64,000 nucleotides of DNA from the human T2T-CHM13v2.0 reference genome, Homo sapiens. Of this stretch, positions 26,370 to 43,915 are shown one piece after another. The notes below the pieces were generated by a model. The model was not told the DNA's origin. It made no database searches and saw only the letters and a list, made by a program, of their open reading frames with translations. The stretch is taken from the NCBI RefSeq assembly GCF_009914755.1, contig NC_060927.1; one strand, given 5' to 3'. How positions within the stretch are numbered: position 1 is the stretch's first letter; the number at the start of each line of letters is the position of its first letter. A program made the translations under genes and the position numbers.

Positions 26370-28561
26370 CTGGGAAATAGAAGAATACACACACAAAAAA
26401 AATCCAGTCAGTGCAATCCGTCTATGCATGTAACACATAATGTGCTCTTGATTTACAAATCCTAAGTGGGTGGTGGCTGCCAGGACAGCAGATCTGAACC
26501 TAAAAAGTATTTCTTTACTCTTCATGAAACCAATCTCTCTCCCCAGGCTTAGGTTTTTCTTGCTTACCTCTCTAGAGACTCCCTCAAATACCTTTAATTT
26601 CTGAAAATTTCTTCCAGTCTAATTCACTCTGCCTCTTGCTCTGTTTTCTAATACCTTCAAGTCTCCCTTAGACTGAAAAAGGGGTACCCTGTTCCATTCT
26701 TCAGTCCATCTCTCTCCCATTCATTCATGAAGACATTGCTCAGTTCTCTTTTTCCTTTTTATAATCTCCTGAATCATTCCTTCCCAGCCCTTTTCTAAAA
26801 AGTTTGGCTTCAAACCTTAGTATTTCTCTGAAGTTGTATTTCAGAGATCACTAATTACTTCTTCCTGACCAAACTCAGTGGCTTTTTTTCAGAAGTTATT
26901 CCACTCTACTTGGTCTTTGGGCTTTTTCCACTTCCTCGGTGAGGGTGAAGAACTGTGGTTTACATTTCTCATATTTTTCTAGCTACGGTAGGGGATCATT
27001 TTATTTAAGTTTTGAATACTTATACTTGTGGTCCATGAATGTAACCTTCCTCATCTTATTTGAAATAAGAAAACGAAGTATCTGTCCTAAAATATACTGC
27101 TCAAAAGGGATCACATATGTATGTACATTCATGTTGCTATAAAAAAAAGTTTCCAATTTATCAGGAAAGTGAGTTTTAGGGGTCATGATTTCTAATCAAA
27201 ATACTGCAGGATAAATGTTCTCTGACATAACGGAAAACAATGAAATGTGGTAAAAGGAACTTGTCCAAGTTTGCTAAAAGAAAACCTAGACATGATCAAG
27301 GAGTAGACATTTTGTTGAAAGTAGGAGATTAAGAATGCCGACATAAAACTTTTTAAACATTAAATCAAAAAGTCAAGAAAAAAGCTGGGATTCTCTTTAG
27401 AAAGTTTGAATTTAGCTTGGAGAAGAAAGAACACAGTGGTTTTCTCTTGTATTAGAACAGGTGTATACTGGCCAAGTTTGGAAGAAGCCAGAAATACCTT
27501 GAGAATGTCTTAGGACAAGATTAGAAGGAAAGATAATTCATTGGAAGGAGTCCAGGAGCCTGGGCCACTCAAGTCTGTACTCACTGAAGGTAAAAGCTTG
27601 AAGTTTTTGCCCCTTATATTTCTGAGGTTATAGCTTCAGTGGAGTGAAAACGCCACCAGACCTGAATTGAGAAGATCTTGGCTGGAATCCTGGTTCTGAA
27701 GTTGGGTGGAAGATCCCTCAATATAACCTCCATTTTCTCATGGGCACTGTGTAACATATCGTTCCTATCTATTTCAGGTTACCATGAAATCATCTGCATG
27801 GAAGCCCTTGTTTGTCAATATCTATTTGTCAAATATTATCTTGAGAGAGAAGGTTCCACATGAACAACAACAAAAAAAGTTGTTCCATTTATGTTTCTCT
27901 AAATGCCAAATGAAGTATTTTAAATAAGCATTTTATAAAAAGTTATGGTAAAGCTGTAGCTGCTGAAAGCCTGCTTTAGGAAAATAGTGATACATCTTAT
28001 CAACTCAAGCAGTAAACAGGAACTTCCAGTGCTGCATGATGGAAGGTCACCATCTAGAGGCCCAATTGTATTAGGATGTTTCACTACAAGCTCCAATGAC
28101 TCCAGAGGCTAGGAAGGCAGCCTGTGTAAGAAGCAGCAGCCAGCCCCAAGGAGAGGAGGGAACAGCAAGACTTTGGCCCTGCAGACTTTGCCTTAGTAAA
28201 TGCATTCAAAATTCCAGTTACAAACAAAACAAACTAAACACAGTGCCTTCAAACTGAGCAATCTGCCAAATCAAGCTTTGATCCTGGGCCTCTGCTCACT
28301 GTCAGAATATGAATGGAAAGTTGAATGTGATAAGTAAAGTGATAACTCCTTGGGAGATAAGCTCAAAGAGATTCCAAACAATGGAGGCTTTTACAATTTC
28401 TTGTACAAAATCTTTGCTTCTTGGGAGTAACTTTACAATTGAAAATTTGGTTTGGTTGTGGTAGGTGGTAAAGGAAGCTGTGATATTTTCAGAAAATTAG
28501 GAAGAAATAAAGTCACCAGAAGATATCATTGACTCCAAATGATAATCTCTTTCTCTCTTCC

Positions 28562-28708
28562 TTTTTTTTCTGAGTCAAGGTCGCATTCTGTGCTCAGGCT
28601 GGAGTGCAGTGGTGCAATCATGGCTCACTGAGCCTAGAACCTGGGCTCAAGTGATCCTCCTATACTCCTGAGTAGCTGGGACTACGGGTACATGCCACTG
28701 CACTTGAC
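28562..28708 (-). mobile_element. Alu right-arm fragment
   Basis: CAGGCTGGAGTGCAGTGG..GAGTAGCTGGGACTAC. Confidence 0.8.
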
Positions 28709-28879
28709 TATACTTCTCTCTAAGGAGGCAGCATGAATTATTGAAAGGGCACAGGCTTGAGAATCAAAGCGCAATTCAAACCTAAGCTTCACTCCCTATT
28801 GGCTGTGTGGCTTTGAGCATGCTACTCAACCTCTCAGAGGCTCCCATAGTTGTGAGGATTAAATGAAATAAAGCTTGGA

Positions 28880-29191
<312 letters not shown>

Positions 29192-30032
29192 TTAAAGGAC
29201 TTATCCAGTGTCTGGAATGTAACTGGTGTTCCTCACCCTTTTCTCACTTACAAGAAGTCACATAATTTAACTTACAGAAAATGAAAAGAAAATAATTTAA
29301 CTTAGAAGAAGATAGCATGTAGATTTGGGGCCCAAAACTGGATCTTAACTTTTTTTGTTGTTGTTGTTATAATGAAGAGACCTGGTTTAGTCACTACATG
29401 AGTAAAGGAAGTGTGATTGTGTTTTCTTTCAGGACGTAATTTTCTTACTGGTAACACGGAAGAAATAGTTGTATCATCTGTAAATGAGGATAATAGTACA
29501 AAACACACAGGGTTGTTGTGAGGATTAAGTAAGATGTTATATAAGATGTCTATAACTCAGTACCGCTTAGCAAGGGGTAGCTATTTTCACTATTTTGTTG
29601 ATCCTTGTCACTCAAGGGACATCTGTGAGAAGATGACATAATTGCCATTAATTATTACAGAAATGTCTGCTGGTCTTTGCTACCTTCCTCACAAATCACT
29701 CTCTCACCAAGGCTCTGCTCTAGAAAGAGCAGCAGTGTGGCTCTCCTAAGAGGCCTGCTCCTTTGCACACACCATGTATGTGATTGAGTTTTTAAAAAAC
29801 TCACAGCAGAACATGTACTTCCAAATGAGAGTTGTATCCTTCAAAGCCTGTGACAGACTACACTTCTTCTTTTATAATATCTCTCTGCTCCGGGAACTTA
29901 TTTCAGAGTTACTGCATATACCTTTGACTATCTCAACAGAAGCAAAAGAGAAAAGGATTTTGGTCAAATAGAGAAAAGATCTTCATGGGTAGCCTGTAAG
30001 TTGGCTCTGAGGCAGTTTATTAATGTTTTTGA

Positions 30033-30488
<456 letters not shown>

Positions 30489-30803
30489 TAACTATGTCTG
30501 GCACCCATTGGCATCTTGCCTATTCACAGAATCTTAATGTTTTGGCCCATATATGGAATATCAGGGTTTTAAAAATCAGTTTAATGGTCCTTTCCAGGGG
30601 ATGTCTCAGAGGGTCCCAACCTCATATATACCAGGGCCTTGCAATGCTGACTTAACAAGTGTCTTCTGTCAGGCCCAGTGTTCTAATTTGGGGTATGGAA
30701 ATGGGTTGCTAAGTAAAGAAAGCAAAGCAGCTGTGAAGGAAGGTGAGGCTCTAGCCACAACAGCCTGCATTCAAGTCCTAGCTCATGGCTTGCAAGGTGC
30801 TTA

Positions 30804-31982
<1,179 letters not shown>

Positions 31983-32141
31983 TCAGAATCAGGACATCAA
32001 AATGTGACATTGGTTAGCATGAATCCCTCCCATCTCCATCATGAAGATGCCTGCCGCATCGGTCACAGAGGTCTTGATGTAGCCCATGTTCCTGCCCTTG
32101 CCCTCTGCCCTCCCCTATCCCAAATCTCTGGAAGAGTTTAC

Positions 32142-32273
32142 CTCGCTGCAGCAGCGGGTGCATTGGATAAGATGAAACCTGGGAGCTCCTGTCCGCCCCC
32201 CAGTACAGGGGTTTTCCCATCATCTGAGGACCTAGGGCCTGGGCCTGCTTCATGTAGCGGTGGCGGGCCAGGG
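32142..32273 (-). CDS. ILDR1: ILDR1 exon 6 ([10 protein letters not shown]...HPLLQR)
   Basis: Acceptor TGCAG|C, donor G|GTAAAC; 132 nt. Confidence 0.94.
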
Positions 32274-34615
32274 CTGCAGGGAAAGAAGGAGAAATGCAGG
32301 CCCTCAGCCAGGGCAAGCCCCACACCTCCCACTTCACTTCTTTCCACCTAGGGGCCTTGCAAGAGGCCAGCTTCTCTTGTCCATTCTCACCTATTTTGCA
32401 TGGGAGTAAGGGTTAAGGGGGTAGTAAATTAACTGTCCCCCTGGCGAGGAGCTGGAATTAAATTATCTTCAAGACTGCAACTTTTGTACCCCAGTAAAGT
32501 ATATTCTTAAAACTTGACTTCCTAGCCTCAAAATCATTTCATCATCTTGCCCATTCCTAAGGTCACCCAAAATGCATAGGTAGATTCATGGATACTAGCA
32601 TACAATGAATAAGTGGGCCATAGGCCAATAAAACTAGAAGCCAAAGGCCAGAAACAGAAGGTCCAGATGCGAAGGACTTAGAGGATGCTGTGAGTCAGGG
32701 GCTGGGGGCATCTGCTCAGAGTGAAGGAAAAAGGGAAGGGCATGATACTGAAGATAATGGGCAGAATTACTTGGCAATTGCATGGAAGAGTATTTCTAGC
32801 TGGCATGCCAACCCTGGGTGGAAGAAAGTTTGTGGGAAGAAGGCAAGGGCGTGCAAAAAGCTCAAGTAGATTCCAGTGAGTCCTTTCTACTCTTCCCGCC
32901 TTATTAAGTATTGAGATTGTCCCTAAGTAGGGGAATTTCTCAGGGGTGGGGTGGAAGCAGGGAAGGGAGATGAGAAATACTATTTCCTTTTATGGCAAAG
33001 AAAATCATATAAAAAAAGTAGTGCAAGGGATCCATAAAAATGTCACTCCAGCCCCTTAGGTGGGGCTGGTCTGAGGCATACAACCCGCAGTGAGTACAAA
33101 TTAAAAACAAAAGCATTTCGTTGTTTTTGTTTGTGCTTTTCTATTTTGGGGTAGTTGTGGCTGAGTGCCTCATGTTTCCTAAGGGCTCTGCCTATCCACG
33201 CGTGTTGGACGTGTGCCTGTACGTTAAGTGCAGGAAGTGCCAGCCTCAGTGTGAACGAGGTTAGGCCCCAGCCTGGCATTCTCAGTTCCTCCTTGCTTCC
33301 CTGGGCCCTGTGGCCACCCCTAAAACAGCAGGGCCACGTACAGTAGAAGGGGGCAGAAAGCTGGCATCCTGAACACAGCCACATAGGGTGTAGGGTTTGC
33401 CAAGGCCAGCAGCAAAGGGGTCATCCAGTGGGCTGCTCAGTGATTCCAGTATGAAACTTCCAGCACAACAGGAAGTGGTTGTAACAGAGTCCCCAGAAAT
33501 GTCTGGAGCTCCAACCCTCAGTGTGAGTCACAGCCTAGCCTGGAAGAAATCAGAGGCAAACTTGCAGCAGCTCCCCCAGCAGCTACACCTTCATGCCAGC
33601 TGATCACCTGGAGCCTCCCTGAAGACAGGTCCACAGGCTCAGCACTGCCCTCTCCCTCTGCAGAGATGCCTCTCCCTAGCTCCCTCTTCTGGCCACCACC
33701 AACACACATACTGGAATGCCCAGCCTTATACATGTAATTTACTTTACATAAGCTAACTAGTTCTCTGAAAAATCTCTTCACGTGGGAATCCAATGAAGAA
33801 GCTGGGCTCAGAGAGATTACCTTCCCAGCCTAAGGTCCTACAGCTAGCGACTGGCAGAGCCAGGGTGTGAACCTGTGTGACGCTCAAGCCTACACTCTTT
33901 GTGTGCCGCACCGCCAAGTCCCCAGACTCCTTTATTTTCTGTGATGAAGCAAAAAACCTTCCCTGCAGGCACCTCCTCAATTTACCTCTCTCTAACTCGG
34001 CTCCAGACCTTTCAAAGTCCACTCCAGACTAGTCTCTCCTTCCATAGCCTCGGGACATCTGATTCCAAGGAGAACAACCCTACCCACTGTACCCCTTTAA
34101 TGGAATCCTAGCTTCTTCCAGATGGTCCTATTCCCATTTAGCCACTCCTCCTGCTTCCTTCAATCAGGGAGAAAGGCAGAGTTGTGCTTCCTCTTTGCTC
34201 CTCAAATGATTTTTTCACTAATGGGACTCCTTCCACAAATAACTCTCTAACAACCCTTCCAGATCCTCCATGAGTGTTTCTGACATTTCCCTGAGTTTTT
34301 TTCACACAGTCCAGAGATTAATTCACCTGCTCCCTTAGCTGCCACACCATTTTTCCAGGGTCTCACCCTTCCTTCTTGCACTAAAACTAATGAAACAGGA
34401 TGGAAGACACAGCCTTTGAGCTTTTCTCTTGTGTGCCTTCCCCTGCATCCCTGAAAACAGCCTCACGGGATGTCTAGGCTATCAGGGGTATCTGTTGCTC
34501 ACCTAATGGGGAATCAGATAGGCAATAAAAGTAGGAAACCTGGACAAGGCAACAAAGCTGCAAAAGACTCCCAATAAGTTATCTTTTAACCTCAGTGGAG
34601 TAAAATCTGCCTTAG

Positions 34616-35173
<558 letters not shown>

Positions 35174-37608
35174 TAACCTATGGTCACTTAGTCTATTTGC
35201 TTTCTCCAAAACTACCAGTCCTCCCTGATTTGACTGACCAGTCATTTCTGGGACATCCTCAGGTGTTTCCTAGAATCTGATGCGCCTTTGAACTCTTGTC
35301 ATTTTAGCTTTAGGAAACTACCAGCAGATGCTTCTGGGTCCCAACCAGGCAATTGACCTCAAATAGCCCTCCTCCCAATAGGGCTTTCCTTCTTGACCTC
35401 TCAAACATGCATTCCCTCCTCTATAGCAGCAGGTTAAACATTCCCCACCTCTTAGGTCTTCCCCTGCCTGTGAACTTTCTGCTGATGACTTCATCTCTAT
35501 TGATGAAGAGGAACCAGCCCTGAACGTGGAGCCAAGAAACCTAGGTTTAGTCCAGGGCCCACTGCTAACAGGCTGTAACAAGTAATTGTGGAAAAATCTC
35601 CCTCGACTTCACTTCCCTCAGCTGTGAGGCAGAAGGAGATGGGGCAGGAGAGATCAGAGAGTCTCACTGTGGCTGTGGCCTACTGCTGGGCATGCCTGGA
35701 GGTTCTCCAGTAAGGAGGGCCAGTAACTGCTCTAGGGATGAAAGCCGTTTCTCCAGTTCTTAGGGAAAAAATACGTTTCCATTTCAAAAATGTCTATCTT
35801 TAAGTCCTACAGAGGGCTGTTTACCACTATTAGGTGAACTATCAAGGGTTACTAAAATTTGGTCTTATTTTCATTTTTCTCCTCTCTAATCCTTTTTTAA
35901 CTCTCACTAGAAAGTGGGAGCAGGTTGGGGAGGTGGGATGTGATCAAAGAAGTTCAAGAATCACTGACATGTTTCTTGAAGCTTCCTTCTGCATCTAGAA
36001 TTTTGATTTGCTGAAATCGAGTCAGGCAGATGTGAGCTCCCTCAGCTTCCTCCCTTACATCTTAATCATCCTCCACATTTTAATGACTTCCTTTCTGTCT
36101 TCAGAGGCCAGGCTGCTTCCCTTTCCCTTCCGCTCCCTTTCTAAGGCCAGTTCTTTCCTTGTAGGGCTGAGGCCACTCCTACCAGCTTCATCACTCATCA
36201 GTGACCTCACTTCTTAATGCTTCACTTTACTCATTTGATATTAACCTTGGTTCTTTGCTTATAAACATGTTTAGGATTACCTTATTCTACAAACACCAAC
36301 AATAACTCCTTACTCCTCTAACCAAAGAGCTTTCTTTAATAACTCATGCCCTTCCATGCAATTCTTCTTGTCAACAAACTTCTCAGGACAGTCTACCCCA
36401 GTGACTCACTTTGAAAGTGACCTCATCGGCCCAAGTTCAGGGATCTTTGTAATCTACATTTCTTGATTTTACTAGTTTTTTAAAATGAACCTAATCCCTC
36501 AGGAGAAACAACTCTCCCGCAGAACCTCCATTTATTAGTTTACTAATAAGTGGTGCACTTATCATTTGTGTTAGCTTTGTCCCCAGTCTTGCCTGCTTTT
36601 AGTGCCCCACGAACCTAGGGAGTCTAAGCAGGCATCTTGGGCGGGTTTTTCTTATCTCATCCTGCATATTATTACTCCAGTGACAGTGACTTCTCCATGG
36701 CCTCCTCCCTAAGATCCCTGAAAGGTAGGGGGCCCCACAGTCCAATGCTGCATCCTCCACGACTTTTCCCCTCCTACGGTGTCTTAGCCAATCCCACAGT
36801 GATCCACCTACAGAGGCTGTGGCAGTCTCTGCTGTAGGAATGCAGACTCTCACAAGTCAGATGAACATGGATTCAACTCTGCAAAACCACTGCTACTTCC
36901 TAGCTGTGGGGCTTTTCTGACCTTTGGTCTCCCATCTTTTAAACAGAGATGACTTCTGCCTTCTAGGGTGGTTGTGAGGATTCAGTGAGGAAACGTATGC
37001 AAGGGGACTACACATCAGACATCCAATAAAAGTTAGTTCTCTTTTCCTGTAAGACAGCAACCTCAGAGCACAGGCCTGAAACCAGACTCAGGCCACCGAC
37101 TTTCTTCACATTGTAGATCAGGTTTTGTTTCTATCTTAATAGGTCATTCATTATTTTTCCCTTAAAAAATTTCCTTTCAAATGGATCAAACTGATAAAGG
37201 TGGTTATCTCTGGGTACTCAGATGAGTCATTACATTTTCCTGAATTTCTCAAATTTCCTACAATATAGTACTTTATTTAGATCATCTGGAAGAGGAAATG
37301 TTATTGAAAATAGAAGCCAAAAAAAATTAAAAACCTTCTATTTAAAGCAGTTGGTGCTATTCCATCTATTTGACCAAGAAAATAACTTTATAGAATAATT
37401 TTGTATTATTTTGCCTTTACCATGTATTCTGTAGCCAACATTTTTTAGGGCATAATTCTGTTATAGCTCTGTTTTAAAGGATCAGATGTTAGTCCAAAGG
37501 AAGATCACATTGAAAGCAAGATCATCTGCTCCCTCTTCCCTTGCCCTAACTCAAGGATTCTCAAAGAGTGGCTCCTCTACCAGCAGCAGCACATCACCTG
37601 GAAACTTT

Positions 37609-38132
37609 TGAGATAAGAAATACAAATAAAGTTCTAAGCCCCCAAATGACTAACAGACCCCCTCTTGGCCAAGGGGACCCCAGAGAAATCTTGGAAGCTA
37701 AGTTCATGGCCATGACGGGATGGGAGGTCAGACTCACCTCATTATATCCCCTCTCACAGTGACCAGCCCTTTCAAAAGACTCCACGTGGATAATGTCAAT
37801 TACTAGTTTATCTTCCCAGGTACAGAACAAAGGCAAGATAAGGTCTAATTCTTCTTTTCCCCTTTTCTAATATTCACCTTATCTTATGTAAAATATAGAT
37901 TTGCTGGGCACTAACTAAAGTTTCACAAGTATATAATCATTTGTTTCATTGCTGCCTCCCACTTCTTAAGGAAAATGTATAAATACTAAACCTCCTGGGA
38001 ACCTCTTTGAAAAAAAAAAACAGCCACAGATGCATCTGTGACTTATGTTTTTTCCCTGGGTATGCCCTCAAGCTAGCTCAATAAACCTCAATGATCTGAG
38101 ACTTATGCCTCAGTCACTCATTTTGATTGCCA
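37609..38132 (+). mobile_element. ERV1 solo LTR (MER39-like) inserted in a MER5-like element
   Basis: TG..CA ends; GACCCCCTCTTGGCCAAGGGGACCCCAGAGAAA; TATAAA at 37978, AATAAA at 38080. Confidence 0.75.
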
Positions 38133-38244
38133 GAGAAATAAAAATTCTCAGGTCCTGCCCCAGACAGGTTGAGTCAGAAAACGGAGATGGCAGCCAAAAA
38201 TTAAGTTAAGGAGGAAAAAAAAAAAAAAAGAAAAAACAGAAATC

Positions 38245-38890
38245 ATCCCTACCTCCTGACCTCTGGAGAGGGGAGAGTGGCTGAAGGTGACTTGATCACT
38301 GATAGCCAATGACTTAATCAATCATGCCTATGTAATGAAGTCTCCATAAAAACCCAAAAGGACTAGGTTCAAGGAGCTTCCTGGCTGCTGAAGACGGAGG
38401 TCCTGGGAGGGTGGCACACCTGGAGAGGACATGGAAGCCCCTCCCCGCTCCCACATACCTTGCTCTATACATCTCTTCATTTGGCTGTTCACTTGTATTC
38501 TTTTAAATATTCTTTGTAATAAGTGGGTAAACATAAGTAAACTGTTTCCTTAAATTCTGTGAACTGCTCTAGCAAATTAATTGAACTGGAGGAAAGGGTC
38601 ATTGTAACTCCCAGTTTATAGCCATTTGCTCAGAAGCACAGGTGACAACCTACTAGTTGCAACTGCAATTAGCATCTGAAGTAGGGGGCAGTCTTGTGGG
38701 ACTAAGCCTTCCACCTGTGGGGTCTGGTGCTATTTCCAGGTAAATAGCATCAGAATTGAGTTAAATTATAGGACATTCAGTTGGTGTGCGCTGAGTAATT
38801 CCTTTTTGTGTGGGGAAAACACACACACACTTGGTGTCAGAAGTATCGAGTGGCATGTGAGAATAGGAAAAAACAGTTTTGTTTTCCTTT
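38245..38890 (+). mobile_element. MER21-like LTR, partial
   Basis: GCCAATGACTTAATCAATCATGCCTATGTAATGAAG..GTAAACATAAGTAAA..TTGGTGTCAGAAGT. Confidence 0.75.
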
Positions 38891-39131
38891 ACAAGTGGCC
38901 TTCTCTCTTACTGGCTTATTTAAACCACTCGCTCCAGCCCACCTTATGTCTAAATGAGGTCAGTGCTAGGAATGAAGATCGAAGCACAGGTACATCAGGG
39001 CTGCAGAGGAAATGCCATCAGTAGGCAGAGCTATCTGAGAGATGCTTTAGGCAGCCTGAGGAGTGGACAGGCAAATGTCCTTCCATGTGGCTACCTAGCC
39101 TCCCCAGGCATCATTTTCAGGGCTGAGGCTA

Positions 39132-39515
<384 letters not shown>

Positions 39516-39621
39516 CTACAGGTTAAAGTTGAGCAATATACTGGCAAAAAGGTAAAAGTTTAGCTTTGATAAGGGAACTTTAGAGGTTGATAATCCAATG
39601 ACAAGAACTTAGGCTTGCTTA

Positions 39622-39855
<234 letters not shown>

Positions 39856-39897
39856 TCAGAGGAGAGAGCACTGGTTTCTAACCCATGACACCCTCAA

Positions 39898-40115
39898 GAC
39901 CTGGGCAGCATGGCAAGACCTTGTATTTACAAAAAATAATAAAAAAAAAATTATCCAGCCATGGTGGCATGTGCCTATAGTCCCAGCTTCTCTGGAGACC
40001 GAGGTGGGAGGATCGCTTGAGCCCAGGAAGTTGAAGCTGCAGTGAGCTATGAGTGTGCTAATGCACTCCAGCCTGGGCAACACAGTGAGACCCTATCTCA
40101 AAAAAAAGTTAAAAA
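39898..40115 (+). mobile_element. 5'-truncated AluJ
   Basis: Linker, right arm and A tail. Confidence 0.88.
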
Positions 40116-40578
40116 TAAAATACTGTTTAAGTTGCCAGTATATGGGGCTTTTACTTACTCGCAATCAAACCTAATCCTAACTGGTACACTGGAAATGATT
40201 ATTTAGCTGCATTTCAGATGAAGAAAATCAAGACTCAAAGGAACTGGCCTAATAACATGGAGACAATGCTCATCAGAGGTAGGTTCAAACCCACATCTCT
40301 CTGCCTCAAAGCTGGTACTCTTAACCACCAAGCTTTCCTGTCTTCTCTAAATTGGGTGGAAAAACTCCACATTCTGGGTCCCTTATCAGCCTAAAATGAG
40401 CAGTTATCTCTGGATCCTGAAGGACAGGTATGAGATGAACTTGAATAAAGATAAAATGCCAGTATTTTAAAAGTAAATGTAACTCAAGAAGAGTTTCAGT
40501 TCTAGTGGGCACTCAGGTTTTTTGTGTACCTCCATTAGGATAGATGAATGGTTTATATATATATTTGCTGTACATTCA

Positions 40579-40913
40579 TTTTTTTTTTAATTTTAAGGTC
40601 AGGGGTATATGTGCAGGTTTGTTACACAGGTAAACATGTGCCATGGCGGTTTGCTGCACAGATCATCCCATCACCTCGGTATAAAGCCAAGCATCCATTA
40701 GCTGTGCTTCCTGACGCTCTCCCTCCTACATCCCCACACCCTCCAACAGGCCGCGGTGTGTATTGTTCCCCCCATGTGTCCATGCATTCTCGTCATCCAG
40801 CTTCCACTTATAAGATCATCAGGGTGGACAGACAACCTACAGAATGCGAGAAAACTTTTGCAATCTATCCATCTGACAAATGTCTAATATCCAGCATCTA
40901 CAAGGAATTTAAA
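40579..40913 (-). mobile_element. Short L1PA with 5' inversion (minus 40579-40814, plus 40815-40913)
   Basis: Poly-T plus antisense 3'UTR joined to a sense ORF2 fragment ([22 protein letters not shown]). Confidence 0.85.
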
Positions 40914-42964
40914 ATGAATGGTTAATATTTATGTTCAAGTTTAGCAAAGTCAATAAATATTCACTAAAGCCCTTTTGTGGGTCCAGCATTATGTCAGGCA
41001 CCGAGGAGATGTAAAGAGAAACAAGACCCTCTTCTGTCCTGAAAGGGTTTAAAATCCAGTCAAAGGCATCAGGGCAGCCTCCGTGTGAAGTGCAGCGGCA
41101 GGCAGTTTCAGCTCCCCCACCCACAGTAAATGCCACGGAACCTTAGCATTACAGACTTGCTCCTGCTAGGTTGGTGGTAATATCTGCAATTCTTTATTAT
41201 CTGTTTGTCAAGAAATGTTTATTGAGGAAATGAAACAAAAATGCAAGGTCACGCACCAGTGGACCTAACTTTGACTTCTGTTTCCTTCTCTTTCTACGTC
41301 AATATCTACAATTTTTTTCCTACCCGCTATTTTCCAAACCCACTACCTTTCCCAGAAATAAGCTTACCCCAGACTTGGAAAAATGATGAAAGTGCTTTTA
41401 AAAAACTCCCCCTCAGGGCATGATGTGTATTGTAAATCTGCTCTAATTTTTATTGGTGACATAAAGAGTATTTTAGGGGTGTCAGAGTAAGAAGAGTTTT
41501 CAGATATGTTAATATTTTAAAGGATCTAAGGACTGATTTGACAGGGTCATCTCAAATGATGCAGGCATAGGCAAAAAAGTGTCAGAAAACAAGGGCTTCA
41601 GGCAGTCACAACAAGCCTGGAGACAGAAATAAAAACAGAGGAGAATACTAATGCATTCCTGTGGTAGTAAGAATGAAGCAGGGTTTGAGCCAAAGGTGGC
41701 TGGGAGTGGGAGTAGTGGAAGGTATTTACCTTCACGTTTTTAGAAAAAAAAAAATAATAAGAGCAGGGACTAGCTACTATGGGGATTTCCATCCTTCAGA
41801 AACTGTTCAGGTAATTTGCTAATTAAAGAGGCTTGAAACTTTGAGGTCAGATAAGAACAAATTCTGCTGGCTTTGGAAAAGGCAGAACCACCTTGGATCT
41901 TTGAAGATGCCCCTGAAGACTAGAAAAGAAGGACAGATGTACCCTAAAACTGAGGGCTGGCTTGGGGAAAATCAGATGCCGAATGTAAAAAAAAAAAAAA
42001 TCAGACTTAAGTGTTATAGACAAAACTGAAAGCAATTATTAAACTGGTTCCCCTTAAGTGACCTACCTTTAAACAGTCAGAATATTCACTGATTCCTTGA
42101 TATTGTAGCGATGGCCACCATGAGTGGCCCACTGGGTGTATTCTTCCCTTTTTCCCCTTTTAACTAACAAATATTTATTTAACACAGCACATAAAGCCCA
42201 TTGAAATAGGCTCTGAATTATGTGCTACTCTATGGCAGCAACTGTGGATTACACAATAGAAATATGAGGAGCTAAGCTAAGCCATTTATCCAAAAGTACA
42301 CGGAGTGATAACTAATGCTTACTGCCCACTTCCTGTTTGCTAAATGCTTTATACATATTACCTTAGTCCCCACAAATCTCCATGAGCTAGGTACTATGGC
42401 AAGTCCCATTTTATAGAAATTGAGGCTGAAAAAATTGGAGAGGCTTGCCCAGGTTCATATACCCTGTAAATGCAGAATTGGGATGCACACCCGCACCTGA
42501 CTCCAGAGTCAGGGCTCTCACCACTACTCCCTGCACTGGGCACAGAGAATAGATAGGCTTTAGACACAGCTCTCACATAGCGCGCTAGATATTCACTTTG
42601 GAGTAGGGAGGAAGATACCATGATGCCTGTCGTTCAGATGAAGAAACAGAAGCCAAAGAAAATAACTGATCACTGGTCACTGAGCTAGTGAGAGGAAGCA
42701 CTAGGATTCTCACTTGGGGCTTTTTAGTCCAAGCCCAGTGTTCTTTCTTCTATCAGTGGAGGACAGTGGTCTCAAGGTGGTCATCTGCTCAGAGGACCCT
42801 ATTTCCTTCCATGTGAACAACAGGAATAGCCGGAAGGAAACTCAGGGACCTGGGGTTTCAGTAGGCCCTGAGAGCAATTTGTGGAAGGAATCAAAGAAAC
42901 CTGATCCACAACTTAGCCCTGAATCTCAGGAAAGCAAAGGGAACCATTCACCCCTAGACCTTTA

Positions 42965-43471
<507 letters not shown>

Positions 43472-43726
43472 TCATCCCTTGGGACTCTTGTTAATCACGA
43501 AGATCCTGATTCTGCAGGTCTAGAGTGGGGTCTGAGATTCTCATTTCTAATGAGAATCTGTGTGATACCAGACACCACATTTTGAGCAGCCAGACTCCTG
43601 ACCATCATTTTCATGCCGGCTCTACTCCCCATCTCCTATTCCAACTTCCTTTGTCTCATTTTCAGAGTCACCCCAGCCTCTCTCTGCTCCCATGGAATTC
43701 ATCCACCTGCCCTTAAAACATAAGGT

Positions 43727-43915
<189 letters not shown>

